DNA from: Gemmatimonadota bacterium
GTDB taxonomy: Bacteria; Gemmatimonadota; Gemmatimonadetes; Gemmatimonadales; Gemmatimonadaceae
Reading direction: 5' to 3'
Length of the DNA: 64,000 nucleotides
NCBI GenBank assembly: GCA_040389905.1
Contig: JAZJZK010000005.1
Span: 32,001 to 96,000, forward strand
The stretch's first letter is position 1; every line of letters starts with the position of its first letter. The notes under the pieces are model-generated. The model ran no database searches, was not told the origin of the DNA, and worked only from the letters and a program-made list of their open reading frames with translations. Of this stretch, positions 29,999-39,676 are shown piece after piece. A program made the position numbers and the translations under genes.

Positions 29999-31467
29999 TC
30001 CTCGCGCCACTCGCCGTCTTCCGCTGCGACGCGTCACTGCCTGTCGGCGGCGGCCATGTCATGCGATGCCTTACGCTTGCCGACGTGCTCGCTGGGCTCG
30101 GCTGGCGTTGCGCGTTTGCCACGGCGTCTGGCTCTGTGGAGGTCGTTCCTGCGCTGGCGGCCTCTCGGCACGAGGTCGCGAGCATCGATGCAGATCATGA
30201 TTCCGCCGACATGTGCGCGATCTGGCCGGCTGCCGACCTGCTCGTCGTCGACCACTACAACCGTGACGCCGAGTTCGAGCGCGGTCTGCGCGCGTGGGCC
30301 ACGCGAATTCTGGCGATCGAAGATCTGATCACCCGTCCGCATTCGTGCGACATCCTCCTCGATCAAACGTATGGCCGCACCGCCGCCGACCACGCTGAAA
30401 CGCATGCTGGTCTCTGCCTGTGCGGGTCATCGTTCGCGCTGCTCAGGCCGCAATTCCGCGCGCAGCGGACGCAGGCGCTTGCACGTCGTGATGGACGGCC
30501 GGTCTCGCGTGTGTTCGTTGCACTCGGTACCACCGATATCCGGGACGCCACCTCGGCAGTGCTCGACGCAGTCGCCAGAGCGGCCCCACACGTCAGCGTC
30601 GATGTCCTGCTTGGAGGTACAAGCCCGAATCTCGCTACAGTGCGCGAACGCATCGCGCGGATGCCCAACACCGTGACGCTGCACGCCGATGCGTCGGATG
30701 TGGCGCAGTTGATGGCTGGCGCAGACTTGGCCATTGGCACACCAGGCACGGCGAGTTGGGAGCGATGCTGCCTCGGTCTTCCGACCATCCTCGTCACCGT
30801 GGCGGACAACCAGGAAGTCATCGTCGCTCGGCTGGCCGAGGCCGGGGCGGCGCTGGACGCCGGTCGGTATGGAGATTCCTCCGTCGATCGACTCACAGCG
30901 GCACTTATCCATCTCATCAACGACGCGGACGCTCGCCGAGCGATGGCGTCGCGCGCAGCGGCAATTTGCGACGGGCGTGGCGCGCTCCGAGTCGTGCTGG
31001 GCATGCTGCCCACCGCTGTATCGCGCTCCGGTGGTGTGGTGCGGTTGCGAGCCGCGGAACCTGCAGATGAAACGTCGCTGCTGCGGTGGCAAAGCGAACC
31101 GGAAGCGCGACGCTTCTCACGCAATCCCAACATGCCAAGCCTTACGGAGCATCGGCAGTGGCTGCACCGCACGCTCGATGATCCACACCGACTGCTCATC
31201 GTGATCGAACACGCAGGGCAACCCGTGGGAAGCCTGCGCCTCGATCGGGTGCAGACGCACCCGCATCGCCATGAAGTATCGATCCTGATCGCGGCGGATC
31301 AGCGAGGGAACGGGATTGCCTCTGCGGCGCTGGATTTGGCGCGGCGATTACTGCCCGCGTCAGAACTCGTCGCGGAAGTGTTGCCTGGAAACGCCGGCTC
31401 TGTCGCGCTCTTTACACGCGCAGGATATCGCCGCGAGTCGGACACACTGTTTCGACGTCGGTCGTAA
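29995..31467 (+). CDS. pseG: PseG-PseH fusion: UDP-2,4-diacetamido-trideoxy-altropyranose hydrolase plus GNAT N-acetyltransferase
   Basis: FRCDAS..VGGGHVMRCLTLA, VVDHY, ALLRPQF, SWERCCLGLP, ADNQ, CDGRGA, followed by a GNAT domain (EH..W, VG.LRLD, RG.GIA, N..S..LF.RAGY). Confidence 0.85.
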   Translation: MILAPLAVFRCDASLPVGGGHVMRCLTLADVLAGLGWRCAFATASGSVEVVPALAASRHEVASIDADHDSADMCAIWPAADLLVVDHYNRDAEFERGLRAWATRILAIEDLITRPHSCDILLDQTYGRTAADHAETHAGLCLCGSSFALLRPQFRAQRTQALARRDGRPVSRVFVALGTTDIRDATSAVLDAVARAAPHVSVDVLLGGTSPNLATVRERIARMPNTVTLHADASDVAQLMAGADLAIGTPGTASWERCCLGLPTILVTVADNQEVIVARLAEAGAALDAGRYGDSSVDRLTAALIHLINDADARRAMASRAAAICDGRGALRVVLGMLPTAVSRSGGVVRLRAAEPADETSLLRWQSEPEARRFSRNPNMPSLTEHRQWLHRTLDDPHRLLIVIEHAGQPVGSLRLDRVQTHPHRHEVSILIAADQRGNGIASAALDLARRLLPASELVAEVLPGNAGSVALFTRAGYRRESDTLFRRRS

Positions 31468-31478
31468 GCCAGGAATGC

Positions 31479-33563
31479 TCAGCGCGTCGATGCCGCGCTC
31501 AGAGACTCGCCGTCGAGCACGTCGCGCACGCGGCTGAGCAGGCTGCGCGCGGTGAATGGTTTCTGGAGAAACGCGGTGCTGGGATCGAGTTCTCCGCGCC
31601 GGCTGATATCGCCATCTGTGTAGCCAGAGATGAACAGCACGCGAAGCGACGGGTCGCGCAACGACAAGGTATCGGCCAACTGCTTCCCGCCCATCTCCGG
31701 CATCACGACATCAGTCAGCAACAGATCGACCGGCCCGCCGTGCTGCGAGGCTACCGCGAGTGCATCACGGCCATTCCGCGCCTCGAGGACTGTGTAGCCA
31801 TGGCGTTCGAGGATGCGCGCCGCCAGCGCGCGCACGCCTTCCTCATCCTCCACGAGCAAGACGGTTTCCACACCGCGCGGCGCGATAATCGACTGCGTTC
31901 CAGATGCCATCGCGTCCGCGGGTTCCTCGCCCTGCGGTATGTAGACGGTGAAGGTCGTGCCCTTGCCGGGCATGCTCTCGACATCCACCGCACCCTTCAA
32001 CCCTTCCACGATGGCGTAGACCGTCGACAAGCCAAGCCCCGTGCCCTTGCCCGGCCCCTTGGTCGTGAAGAACGGCTCGAAAATGCGCGCGCGCGTTGCG
32101 GCATCCATACCCATGCCGGTGTCCGTCACGGACAGGCCCACGTAGGTACCAGCCGCCAACCGTGGGTGGCTGTTGTCATGACCGAAGCTGACCGTGCCGG
32201 TGGTGATCGTGATGGTTCCGCCATTGGGCATGGCATCGCCAGCGTTGACCACGAGGTTGAGGAGAACCTGCTCCAGGTCCGATGGGTCCGCGCGAACACT
32301 CCCAAGCCGCTCGCTCGGTCGCCAGTCGATGCCCACGTCTTCGCCGATCACGCGCTTCAGCATGCGCTTGAGATCGGTCAGCAAGGCGTTGAGATCCAGT
32401 GACCGCGGTTGCCGGATTTGCCGGCGGCTGAAGGCAAGCAGTTGTGTCGTCAACGCACCGGCGCGTGTCGCGGCTTTCTTGATCTCACGCACGTCTTCGC
32501 GACGCGGATCGCTGCGGTCGATGTCCGCCAACAGAAAATCAGCGTAGCCATTGATCGCCGTGAGCAGGTTGTTGAAGTCGTGTGCGATCCCGCCGGCGAG
32601 CCGGCCTACTGCCTCCATCTTCTGGGATTGGCGGAGCTGTTCCTCACTGCGCTGGAGTGCGTCCTGCGCCCGCTGGCGCTCGACGATTTCGTCCTCGAGC
32701 CGCTTGTTCGCGACGGAGAGCGCGTGCGCGCGCCGTTCCGCCGTCTGGTAGAGGCGCAATGCCCCGCTCAGCCCGACGACCACGAGCGCACCCAGAACCA
32801 ACACGATCTCCGGCAACCGGGAGTCGTGCAGTGCGAGCTCCGCCTCGGTGGGCCAAACGCGGAGCCGCCACGTCGACATCTCGCCGATGGGCGCGTCCTG
32901 ACCCCGTTCGACTTCGAGCGCACGTGGGCCGGATACGTGCGAGTAGACCTCTCGATCTCCAACGTAGACGGCCACCGAATAGCCGCTGGCCTCCGGCGTA
33001 TCCAACGCTTGTTGGAGTAACGATGCCAATCCGCTTTCGACGACCACCGCCGCTGCCCCGCGAGCCGTCGGTGCCGCGGAAATCACGATGGGCACACCGC
33101 TGGCCGATGCAATCGGTGGACTGGTGGTCACCTGGCCAGTCGTCCGAGCCGTGCTGGCGATTTCTACGCGCTGCGCGGCGAACGGCTCGGTCCCCGCTCT
33201 GGCAAAGGACTCATCGGGAATGGCCACCACGACGCGACCAGTCGAATCGATGCCGGCGACCGAGCGGAATGTGCCCCTCTCGATCGTTCGCAGGGCTTCA
33301 GCGGCCCATGCATCTCGAGACGTGGTGCCGCCCGGCCACATGGTCGCCAACCGAACCAATTCCCGGTTGCGCTCACTGATTCTGCCGACCGCAACGTCGG
33401 CCAACGTTCGAGCCTTGAGCCGCACGCTGCGCGCGAGCTCCGTTGCTTCATTCCGCTGCAACGTGATGGTGAACGCGACGCTCAGCATGAGCACGATGAG
33501 CCCTGCCGCGTAGGGCAGTGCCCGATGGGTACGCGCGCGCAACGTGAGCGGGGTACCTGGCAC
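31479..33563 (-). CDS. Membrane hybrid sensor histidine kinase with C-terminal receiver (CckA-like)
   Basis: Two TMs flanking a sensor domain; [25 protein letters not shown] boxes, [19 protein letters not shown] domain (LLTDVVMP). Confidence 0.92.
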   Translation of the reverse strand: MPGTPLTLRARTHRALPYAAGLIVLMLSVAFTITLQRNEATELARSVRLKARTLADVAVGRISERNRELVRLATMWPGGTTSRDAWAAEALRTIERGTFRSVAGIDSTGRVVVAIPDESFARAGTEPFAAQRVEIASTARTTGQVTTSPPIASASGVPIVISAAPTARGAAAVVVESGLASLLQQALDTPEASGYSVAVYVGDREVYSHVSGPRALEVERGQDAPIGEMSTWRLRVWPTEAELALHDSRLPEIVLVLGALVVVGLSGALRLYQTAERRAHALSVANKRLEDEIVERQRAQDALQRSEEQLRQSQKMEAVGRLAGGIAHDFNNLLTAINGYADFLLADIDRSDPRREDVREIKKAATRAGALTTQLLAFSRRQIRQPRSLDLNALLTDLKRMLKRVIGEDVGIDWRPSERLGSVRADPSDLEQVLLNLVVNAGDAMPNGGTITITTGTVSFGHDNSHPRLAAGTYVGLSVTDTGMGMDAATRARIFEPFFTTKGPGKGTGLGLSTVYAIVEGLKGAVDVESMPGKGTTFTVYIPQGEEPADAMASGTQSIIAPRGVETVLLVEDEEGVRALAARILERHGYTVLEARNGRDALAVASQHGGPVDLLLTDVVMPEMGGKQLADTLSLRDPSLRVLFISGYTDGDISRRGELDPSTAFLQKPFTARSLLSRVRDVLDGESLSAASTR

Positions 33564-36500
33564 TCAGCGTCCCGCGGATGCCTTGCCTAGGCGAGCATAC
33601 GCATCGCGTGCCTCGGCGGCATCGCGGGCGAGCGGTGGCTCGGGGTCACTCCGAAGCGACAGATATTGCCGCAACGCCTCCGATGCGCCCGCCATGTCAC
33701 CCGTCTTTTCCGCAAGACGCGCTTCGTCACGCAGATAGGTAGACAAGAACGACAGGCGCCCGTAGAACACCTCGCGCCGGCGAACGGCGAACAGCGCGGC
33801 ACGCGAGTCGCCCAATCGCTCGTACAATCGAGCTGCGACGAGGTTGCCCATGCTCTGGATGGGGCCGAGGGGGACACCACGCAGAAACTCGTCGAGCGAA
33901 TCGGTCAGGGCGCGCGCATCCGACCGCTTCTGCATCACCGCGAGTTGCGCGTGGAGTACGTGCGCGCAGCCAATCCGAAACTGCGCATTGGAGAGTGTGT
34001 CGCGTACGTCGACGCCCGCGCGCATGATGCCGGCGACGCGCCGTGCCCCAGTCGTATCTCCCTGCGACAGCGACCAGATCTCGGCGAGACACAGGTCGCC
34101 GAAGTACACGGGGTCCTTTCCACGCTTGTTCGTGCCGGGAACGGGGCCACCGAGCGCAGCCCGCTGCCTCAGGCTGGCGACGGCGGTCGCGGTGCCGGTC
34201 GTGTCGCCATCCCAGAACAATGCATCTCGCACGCGCTCGAAATCATCGTAGGTCGGCGCGGGAAACATTGCGTGCACGGAGTCGAGCAACACGCGTCCAC
34301 GCACAGGGCGCCCGCGATTCATCGCGATGTCGTGCCGGCCCATCAAATCTCTCGCCGATGGTGCCGCGTGCGGGCCGCGGCCGAGTTGCATGTCGAAAAA
34401 CGACTGTGCCGACTGTATCTCTCGGCCGATGATGAACGGTGCCTCGCTGATGGTGGCAGCCGCCATCGGGGTCAGCGAATCGCCGCGCGCGGCGATTCGG
34501 TGCGCTTCAGCCGAATCGCCACGCGCCACGGCCATCATCCAACGGATCCCGTCGCGATTCTCGCTCGAGCTGTCAGCGGCCAGGTAGAGTGTGCCGAGCG
34601 TCCGGACACGCGCGGTGTCCTTCCGCTGAAGCTCGATGATCACGAGATGTTCGATTGCCGGCGAGAAGCTGGAATCGAGCGCAATCGCGCGATTGAACGC
34701 TTCGGCGGCCCGCGCCAGCGCGTCGGGGATTCCTGCTGCCGCGCCGAAATGGAAGAGTCCATCGCCCAACTCGAACTGCGCATCAGCGCGGTCCGGTACA
34801 AGGGCGGCATACCGTTCCTTCGCCTTGATCAACTCTGCCCAGACAGGCACGCCTGGAAAATTCCGACCCGCCGTTGCGAGGAGCAGAGCCTGATCGCGGG
34901 GGCTCAAGCGGTCGCGATGGCGCCATGCGACGGTGAGACCTGCCAGCCGATCCGACGGGTCTCCGACCCAGCCCGCGGCCGCCGCCAATCCCAGTCCCGC
35001 GAGCGCAAAAGTCGAATCGAGCTCGATCGCGCGACGGAAATCCTTTGCCGACGCGTTGAAGCGCGCACGCCGGTACCGCGCGGTGCCGTCGAGGTACGCG
35101 CGCAGCGCGGGAAGTGGAACGCCCCCGAACGCGCCAATGCGCTCACCTTCTCCAGCCCTATACGCGAGCAACTCGCTCGCGAGCCGATCGATCATCGACG
35201 ACAGGCTGTCGGACGGCCCACTCACCGAACGCGGCGGTGCCGCCCGGCCATCACGCACCTGGATCAACGACGCGGTCAAGGTCAGTTTCTGAGGGCCACC
35301 CGAGACGTCGCCAATGAGAAGCTGTCCGGCGCCGAGCCGCTCGGCGAGTTCGAGCGCTTGTTCGCGCGAGAGATCGGCGGTGTCGGAACCCGCGCTTCGT
35401 CTGAACGCGCTCAACAGGGTGCGCGGATCGGTCGACCGAGGCCCGCCTTCACCCGTGAGCTTCGCGGCAAGCAGGTCCAGCATCCCCTCACGCAAATAAC
35501 GCACGGCAGGATCATTGCTCGCGAGGCGGAAGGGAAGCACCGCAACCTGATTGTCGTCCAGCCGGAGCGCGCCCGGCCGGAAGGCGTACGCCGTGGCGAC
35601 GATGAGCGCCACTGCGGCGAGGGAAAGCGCCAGACGGCTGCGCGGGCGGCGTACCCACCGCGCCCGCATGACGGGCGTGCCGCCGCCAGGCGTGGAGACG
35701 CGCTCGAGTGCCTCCCGTGCCTCTCTCGCCGTCTGCGGACGGTCGCTGGGGCGCTTCTCGAGGCAGCGCATCACGAGCTCAGCGAGCGATGGCGGAACGT
35801 CGGGGTTCTTCGCGGAGAGCGGTTGCGGGAGTTCCGCGATGTGTGCGGCGAGCATCTCGTGCGACGGCCGCTGTCCGAACGGCGGCGCGCCAGCGAGCAG
35901 TTCGTAGGCAACCAGACCCCACGCATAGATGTCCGCGCGGTGATCGGTGTCCGGATCGCCCGCCGCCTGTTCCGGTGCCATGTACGCCGGTGTACCAACC
36001 GCCATGCCCACACCGGTACCAGAGGAGTCTACATGGCGAAAAGCCGCATTTGCCGCGCTCAAGGCCTTCGCGACACCGAAGTCCGTGACGACGGCGTGTG
36101 CGCCGCTCAGCAGGATGTTGTCCGGCTTGATGTCGCGGTGGACCAGCCCGCGTTCGTGCGCGTAGGCCAATGCGTCGATGACGTCATGGAGCAGGTGCAC
36201 TGCGTCGCCCAGGGGTAGCATTGCGCCCTTGGCCTGTCGCGCGCGCAGCGACTCGCCCTCGATGTACGGCATGGTGTAATACGGCGCCCCCGCGGCTTCG
36301 CCCGCGGCGAGCACGGGAACGATGTGCGGATGCTGAAGCCCGGCAACGAGTTGGATCTCTCGGCGGAAGCGCTCGTTGTTGAGCCCGGCTGCCAGTTCGT
36401 GCGGGAGCACTTTCACCACCACGAGCCGGTCCAGCGCCCGCTCGCGCGCGACGAACACTCGGCTCATTCCACCGCCACCGAGCTCACGTTCGATAGCGTA

Positions 36501-36569
36501 CGCGTCGCCGAGCGCCTCCTGAAGGCGTTCGCGTAGTTCGTTCCCGGGATCCGACGGTGAGGCGGTCAT
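33564..36569 (-). CDS. Hanks-type Ser/Thr protein kinase with TM and TPR-like C-terminal region
   Basis: ELGGGGMSRVF, VVVK, HRDIKPDN, DFG, GTPAYMAPEQ; TM at about residue 315; VAVLPF TolB-N-like segment followed by helical repeats. Confidence 0.92.
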   Translation of the reverse strand: MTASPSDPGNELRERLQEALGDAYAIERELGGGGMSRVFVARERALDRLVVVKVLPHELAAGLNNERFRREIQLVAGLQHPHIVPVLAAGEAAGAPYYTMPYIEGESLRARQAKGAMLPLGDAVHLLHDVIDALAYAHERGLVHRDIKPDNILLSGAHAVVTDFGVAKALSAANAAFRHVDSSGTGVGMAVGTPAYMAPEQAAGDPDTDHRADIYAWGLVAYELLAGAPPFGQRPSHEMLAAHIAELPQPLSAKNPDVPPSLAELVMRCLEKRPSDRPQTAREAREALERVSTPGGGTPVMRARWVRRPRSRLALSLAAVALIVATAYAFRPGALRLDDNQVAVLPFRLASNDPAVRYLREGMLDLLAAKLTGEGGPRSTDPRTLLSAFRRSAGSDTADLSREQALELAERLGAGQLLIGDVSGGPQKLTLTASLIQVRDGRAAPPRSVSGPSDSLSSMIDRLASELLAYRAGEGERIGAFGGVPLPALRAYLDGTARYRRARFNASAKDFRRAIELDSTFALAGLGLAAAAGWVGDPSDRLAGLTVAWRHRDRLSPRDQALLLATAGRNFPGVPVWAELIKAKERYAALVPDRADAQFELGDGLFHFGAAAGIPDALARAAEAFNRAIALDSSFSPAIEHLVIIELQRKDTARVRTLGTLYLAADSSSENRDGIRWMMAVARGDSAEAHRIAARGDSLTPMAAATISEAPFIIGREIQSAQSFFDMQLGRGPHAAPSARDLMGRHDIAMNRGRPVRGRVLLDSVHAMFPAPTYDDFERVRDALFWDGDTTGTATAVASLRQRAALGGPVPGTNKRGKDPVYFGDLCLAEIWSLSQGDTTGARRVAGIMRAGVDVRDTLSNAQFRIGCAHVLHAQLAVMQKRSDARALTDSLDEFLRGVPLGPIQSMGNLVAARLYERLGDSRAALFAVRRREVFYGRLSFLSTYLRDEARLAEKTGDMAGASEALRQYLSLRSDPEPPLARDAAEARDAYARLGKASAGR

Positions 36570-36680
36570 GGCAACTCCGGAGTATCGGCAGACGCGCCCG
36601 CTCAGTGAACGGCAATGTTGTGCGAGTTGTTTGATGACGCCGGACGCTCAATGGTTGCGTCCCACCGTGTCAGGGTGTTG

Positions 36681-36711
36681 TTACGCTCGTTTGTCGCCCG
36701 GAGCGGAGCGA
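36681..36711. repeat. REP-like unit, family D (TTACGCTCGTTTGTCGCCC..AGCGGAGCGA)
   Basis: Near-identical to 61161-61192 and related to 43330 and 56365. Confidence 0.55.
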
Positions 36712-36728
36712 CCTTCACCCTACGCGTG

Positions 36729-36856
36729 CGCCGGCACAATGAACGCGGATGGAGCCGATTGAAGCGGATAACATCTGATTTTCAAGCAAAAAAAACCACG
36801 CTTTATCCGATTTGATCCGCTTCAAATTCGCTCAATCCGCGTTCAATGTGCCGGCG
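36729..36856. repeat. 128-bp palindromic element, family A (about 50-bp inverted arms)
   Basis: CGCCGGCACAATGAACGCGGATGGAGCCGATTGAAGCGGAT ... ATCCGCTTCAAATTCGCTCAATCCGCGTTCAATGTGCCGGCG; the arm also matches 6318-6368. Confidence 0.85.
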
Positions 36857-36922
36857 AAACGATGCAACACCACGTGCAGCCGCCTTGCGAGATCTTTCCT
36901 GCACCCTTCGCGCCTGGCGAGG

Positions 36923-37960
36923 CTATCTGATATCCCTGACCAATTGCTCCGCCACGCGACGGTACGCCGCCGCGTTCGGATGGCCGTCTCCCTTGATCTG
37001 GTATTTTGCGATGTCGTCCTCGGCCGACCACAGCCTCGTGTAGTCCAGCACGTGAACGCCAAGTCGCCGAAGTTTCGGAGCGAGCTCCTGCCGGGCAATG
37101 CCAGCATTCGGCCAGAGAACGAAGTAGCAGCCGCCTGATTCATATCTTGCCGCGAAGAGATCACAGGAGCGCTTGACGATGCCAGCCATGAGCGCCCAGT
37201 CGTCGGGAGAGGCTTTTGTCCACGGGTGCGATAGCAAACGAGAAAGTACGAGTGAATGCGAAGCTTTCCAGTAGAGAAACTGTCGAAGCGGGCGGACGCT
37301 TGCGAAGCTTCCTCGCCGGACCGGAACACCGTTCGCGTCGAGCTCGTAAAGCGGCATGTTTCCGCCCCATGTCGCGACGATATTGAACGTTCCGCGCACG
37401 CGGTCGATGTGTTGGTCGATGGTCGTGAATACCGCGACGCCCCTCCGCTCCTTCAGTGCAACGAGATTCGGCGGTGCCTCCATGAGGGCGAGCATCGACT
37501 GCGGTCCCCAACCCTTGAATCCACGGCTGTACACCGTGGCGCGGCCCTGAGTTGCCGCCGCGAACGCGGCGGGCAGTGTTGCACTATCGGACACGCCTTC
37601 GCCGAAGGTAAACGAACAGCCGAAGAACGCGACGAATGCACTATCGGAGTGGGACGGAGGCTGCGGTACAAAGCGCCAGCCGCCCGGCAGGAGGGTGTAT
37701 GTCGCATCGAAAATCGTATCGCGCCCTTGAGCCTTGAATGCTCGGAATCGTCCACCCTGCCTCACACCGCGATACCCAAGGGTGACATCGTAGTTGCTTA
37801 GCCTGCCAGCACCTCCTTCGCGTGTTTCGCGTGCCGGTGGAATCGCAGGCTCGAAAACGCGGTGAACGCGGAGCACGCCCTCCGCGAGTCCGAACAGCAC
37901 TGCAAAAACGAGAAGGTTCACGGCAACGACGCGACCGGTTCGGCCAATGCGGCCCTGCAT
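36923..37960 (-). CDS. Membrane-anchored SGNH/GDSL-like hydrolase or O-acyltransferase
   Basis: N-terminal TM, FFGCSFTFGEG (GDS-like block), G.GP, DGHPN (DxxH). Confidence 0.7.
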   Translation of the reverse strand: MQGRIGRTGRVVAVNLLVFAVLFGLAEGVLRVHRVFEPAIPPARETREGGAGRLSNYDVTLGYRGVRQGGRFRAFKAQGRDTIFDATYTLLPGGWRFVPQPPSHSDSAFVAFFGCSFTFGEGVSDSATLPAAFAAATQGRATVYSRGFKGWGPQSMLALMEAPPNLVALKERRGVAVFTTIDQHIDRVRGTFNIVATWGGNMPLYELDANGVPVRRGSFASVRPLRQFLYWKASHSLVLSRLLSHPWTKASPDDWALMAGIVKRSCDLFAARYESGGCYFVLWPNAGIARQELAPKLRRLGVHVLDYTRLWSAEDDIAKYQIKGDGHPNAAAYRRVAEQLVRDIR

Positions 37961-37977
37961 CAGTCGCGCATCATGGA

Positions 37978-39366
37978 CTACGCGCCTTTTACTTCGCTCA
38001 CGAGTTTGGTGAGTGACGTCTTCGCGTCGCCGAACAGCATGCTGGTCGCTGGAGCGTGGAAGAGCGCATTCTCGATCCCTGCGAAGCCGGCCGCCATGCC
38101 GCGCTTCAGTACGATCACGTGCTTCGCCTTATCCGCATCGAGAATCGGCATGCCGTAAATCGGTGACGCAGGATCGGTTCGCGCGGCGGGATTCACGACG
38201 TCGTTTGCACCGATGACCAGCGCGACGTCGGTCTGCGGAAACTCGCTGTTGATCTCGTCCATGTCGTACAAACGGTCGTACGGCACGTTCGCTTCGGCGA
38301 GCAGGACGTTCATGTGACCGGGCATTCGGCCGGCCACCGGGTGAATGGCGTACTTCACCTCACCGCCACGCTTCTCGATCAACTCCGCGAGTTCGCGCAC
38401 GGTGTGCTGTGCCTGCGCGACGGCCATGCCGTAGCCCGGGATGATGATCACGCGCTGCGCATACGCGAGCTGAATCGCCGCGTCCTCCGCGGAGATGGCG
38501 CGCACCGGCAGCGCCGAGCCCCCCACGACGGCGGCCGCCGGCTCACCGCCGCCGAATGCGCCGAACAGCACATTGGCGAACGAACGGTTCATCGCCTTCG
38601 ACATCAGGATCGACAGCAGGAATCCCGATGCGCCATCGAGCGCACCGCAGATGATCAGGATGCTATTGCCGAGCGCAAAGCCGGTGGCTGCGGCGGCAAG
38701 TCCGCAATAGGAGTTCAGCAGTGCGACGACCACCGGCATATCGGCGCCGCCAATGGGAATCACCATCAGCACGCCGAGGACGGCGGCGATCGCGATCATG
38801 CCATAGAACGCGGCCGTCTGCGTGGGATCGACCACCACCGTGACGAACAGCCCCATGGCGCCGAGGAACAAGAGCGCGTTGAGCGCGTTCTGCCCCTTGA
38901 ATGTGATCGGCTGGCCGGGAATCAGCTCCTGGAGCTTTCCAAAGGCCATCAGCGCGCCGGTGACCGTCAGCGACCCAAGCAGCACTTCGAAGCCAAGCGC
39001 CGCCATCTTCGAGAGCGCAATGCCTTCCGGGCTGTGCATCGACGTGTAGTACTCGGCGATGCCGACCAGTGTCGCTGCGAGCGCACCAAAACTGAGCGAC
39101 ATCGCAATTCGCTGTGGCAACGCGGTCGTCGGCACCCACATGCCGAGCGGATAGCCGATCAACGTGCCGAGTACGAGTCCGCCGGCAATCCACCGGTAGT
39201 CGATGATATTGCGGCCGATGAGTGTGCCGACGACGGCGATCAGCATGCCGACCGCGGCGTACTGCATCCCGCGTCGCGCGCGGTCCGGATGCGTGAGCCC
39301 GCGCAGGCCGAGAATGAAGAGGACGGACGCCCCGAGATAGCTGAGTTGTGTGATGTACTCGCGCAT
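37978..39366 (-). CDS. pntB: NAD(P) transhydrogenase subunit beta
   Basis: IGGADMPVV.ALLNSY, AMNRS, PGYGMAVAQAQ, IHPVAGRMPGHMNVLLAEA, GANDVVNPAA. Confidence 0.96.
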   Translation of the reverse strand: MREYITQLSYLGASVLFILGLRGLTHPDRARRGMQYAAVGMLIAVVGTLIGRNIIDYRWIAGGLVLGTLIGYPLGMWVPTTALPQRIAMSLSFGALAATLVGIAEYYTSMHSPEGIALSKMAALGFEVLLGSLTVTGALMAFGKLQELIPGQPITFKGQNALNALLFLGAMGLFVTVVVDPTQTAAFYGMIAIAAVLGVLMVIPIGGADMPVVVALLNSYCGLAAAATGFALGNSILIICGALDGASGFLLSILMSKAMNRSFANVLFGAFGGGEPAAAVVGGSALPVRAISAEDAAIQLAYAQRVIIIPGYGMAVAQAQHTVRELAELIEKRGGEVKYAIHPVAGRMPGHMNVLLAEANVPYDRLYDMDEINSEFPQTDVALVIGANDVVNPAARTDPASPIYGMPILDADKAKHVIVLKRGMAAGFAGIENALFHAPATSMLFGDAKTSLTKLVSEVKGA

Positions 39367-39666
39367 TTATGCTTGCGACTCCGTCTTCTTCGGCACGTCG
39401 CGCTTGAACATCTTCAGCATGCGGTCAGTGATGAGGAAACCGCCGACGACATTCGTCGTTGCGCAGACAACGGCGACGAAGCCGAGGATGGTTGCGACTG
39501 TGCCATGCTGCGAACCTGCGGCCGCCATCGAGCCGACAAGCGAAATGCCGGAAATCGCGTTGGTCGCCGACATGAGCGGCGTGTGCAGCAGCGGAGGGAC
39601 TTTGGTGATCACCATGTACCCGACAAACCCGGCGAGCACGAAGATGTAGAGCTCGAGAATCAGCAT
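39367..39666 (-). CDS. pntAb: NAD(P) transhydrogenase subunit alpha part 2
   Basis: VPPLLHTPLMSATNAISG, NVVGGFLITDRML.MF. Confidence 0.95.
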   Translation of the reverse strand: MLILELYIFVLAGFVGYMVITKVPPLLHTPLMSATNAISGISLVGSMAAAGSQHGTVATILGFVAVVCATTNVVGGFLITDRMLKMFKRDVPKKTESQA

Positions 39667-39676
39667 TGTGTCACGA

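Noticed and set aside
33666..36218. 850-aa plus-strand ORF, and similar long ORFs at 515..1447, 4894..6294, 38314..39735, 41937..43091 and 44106..45230
   Set aside because: Antisense to well-supported genes, with no motifs; expected from GC-rich codon bias.
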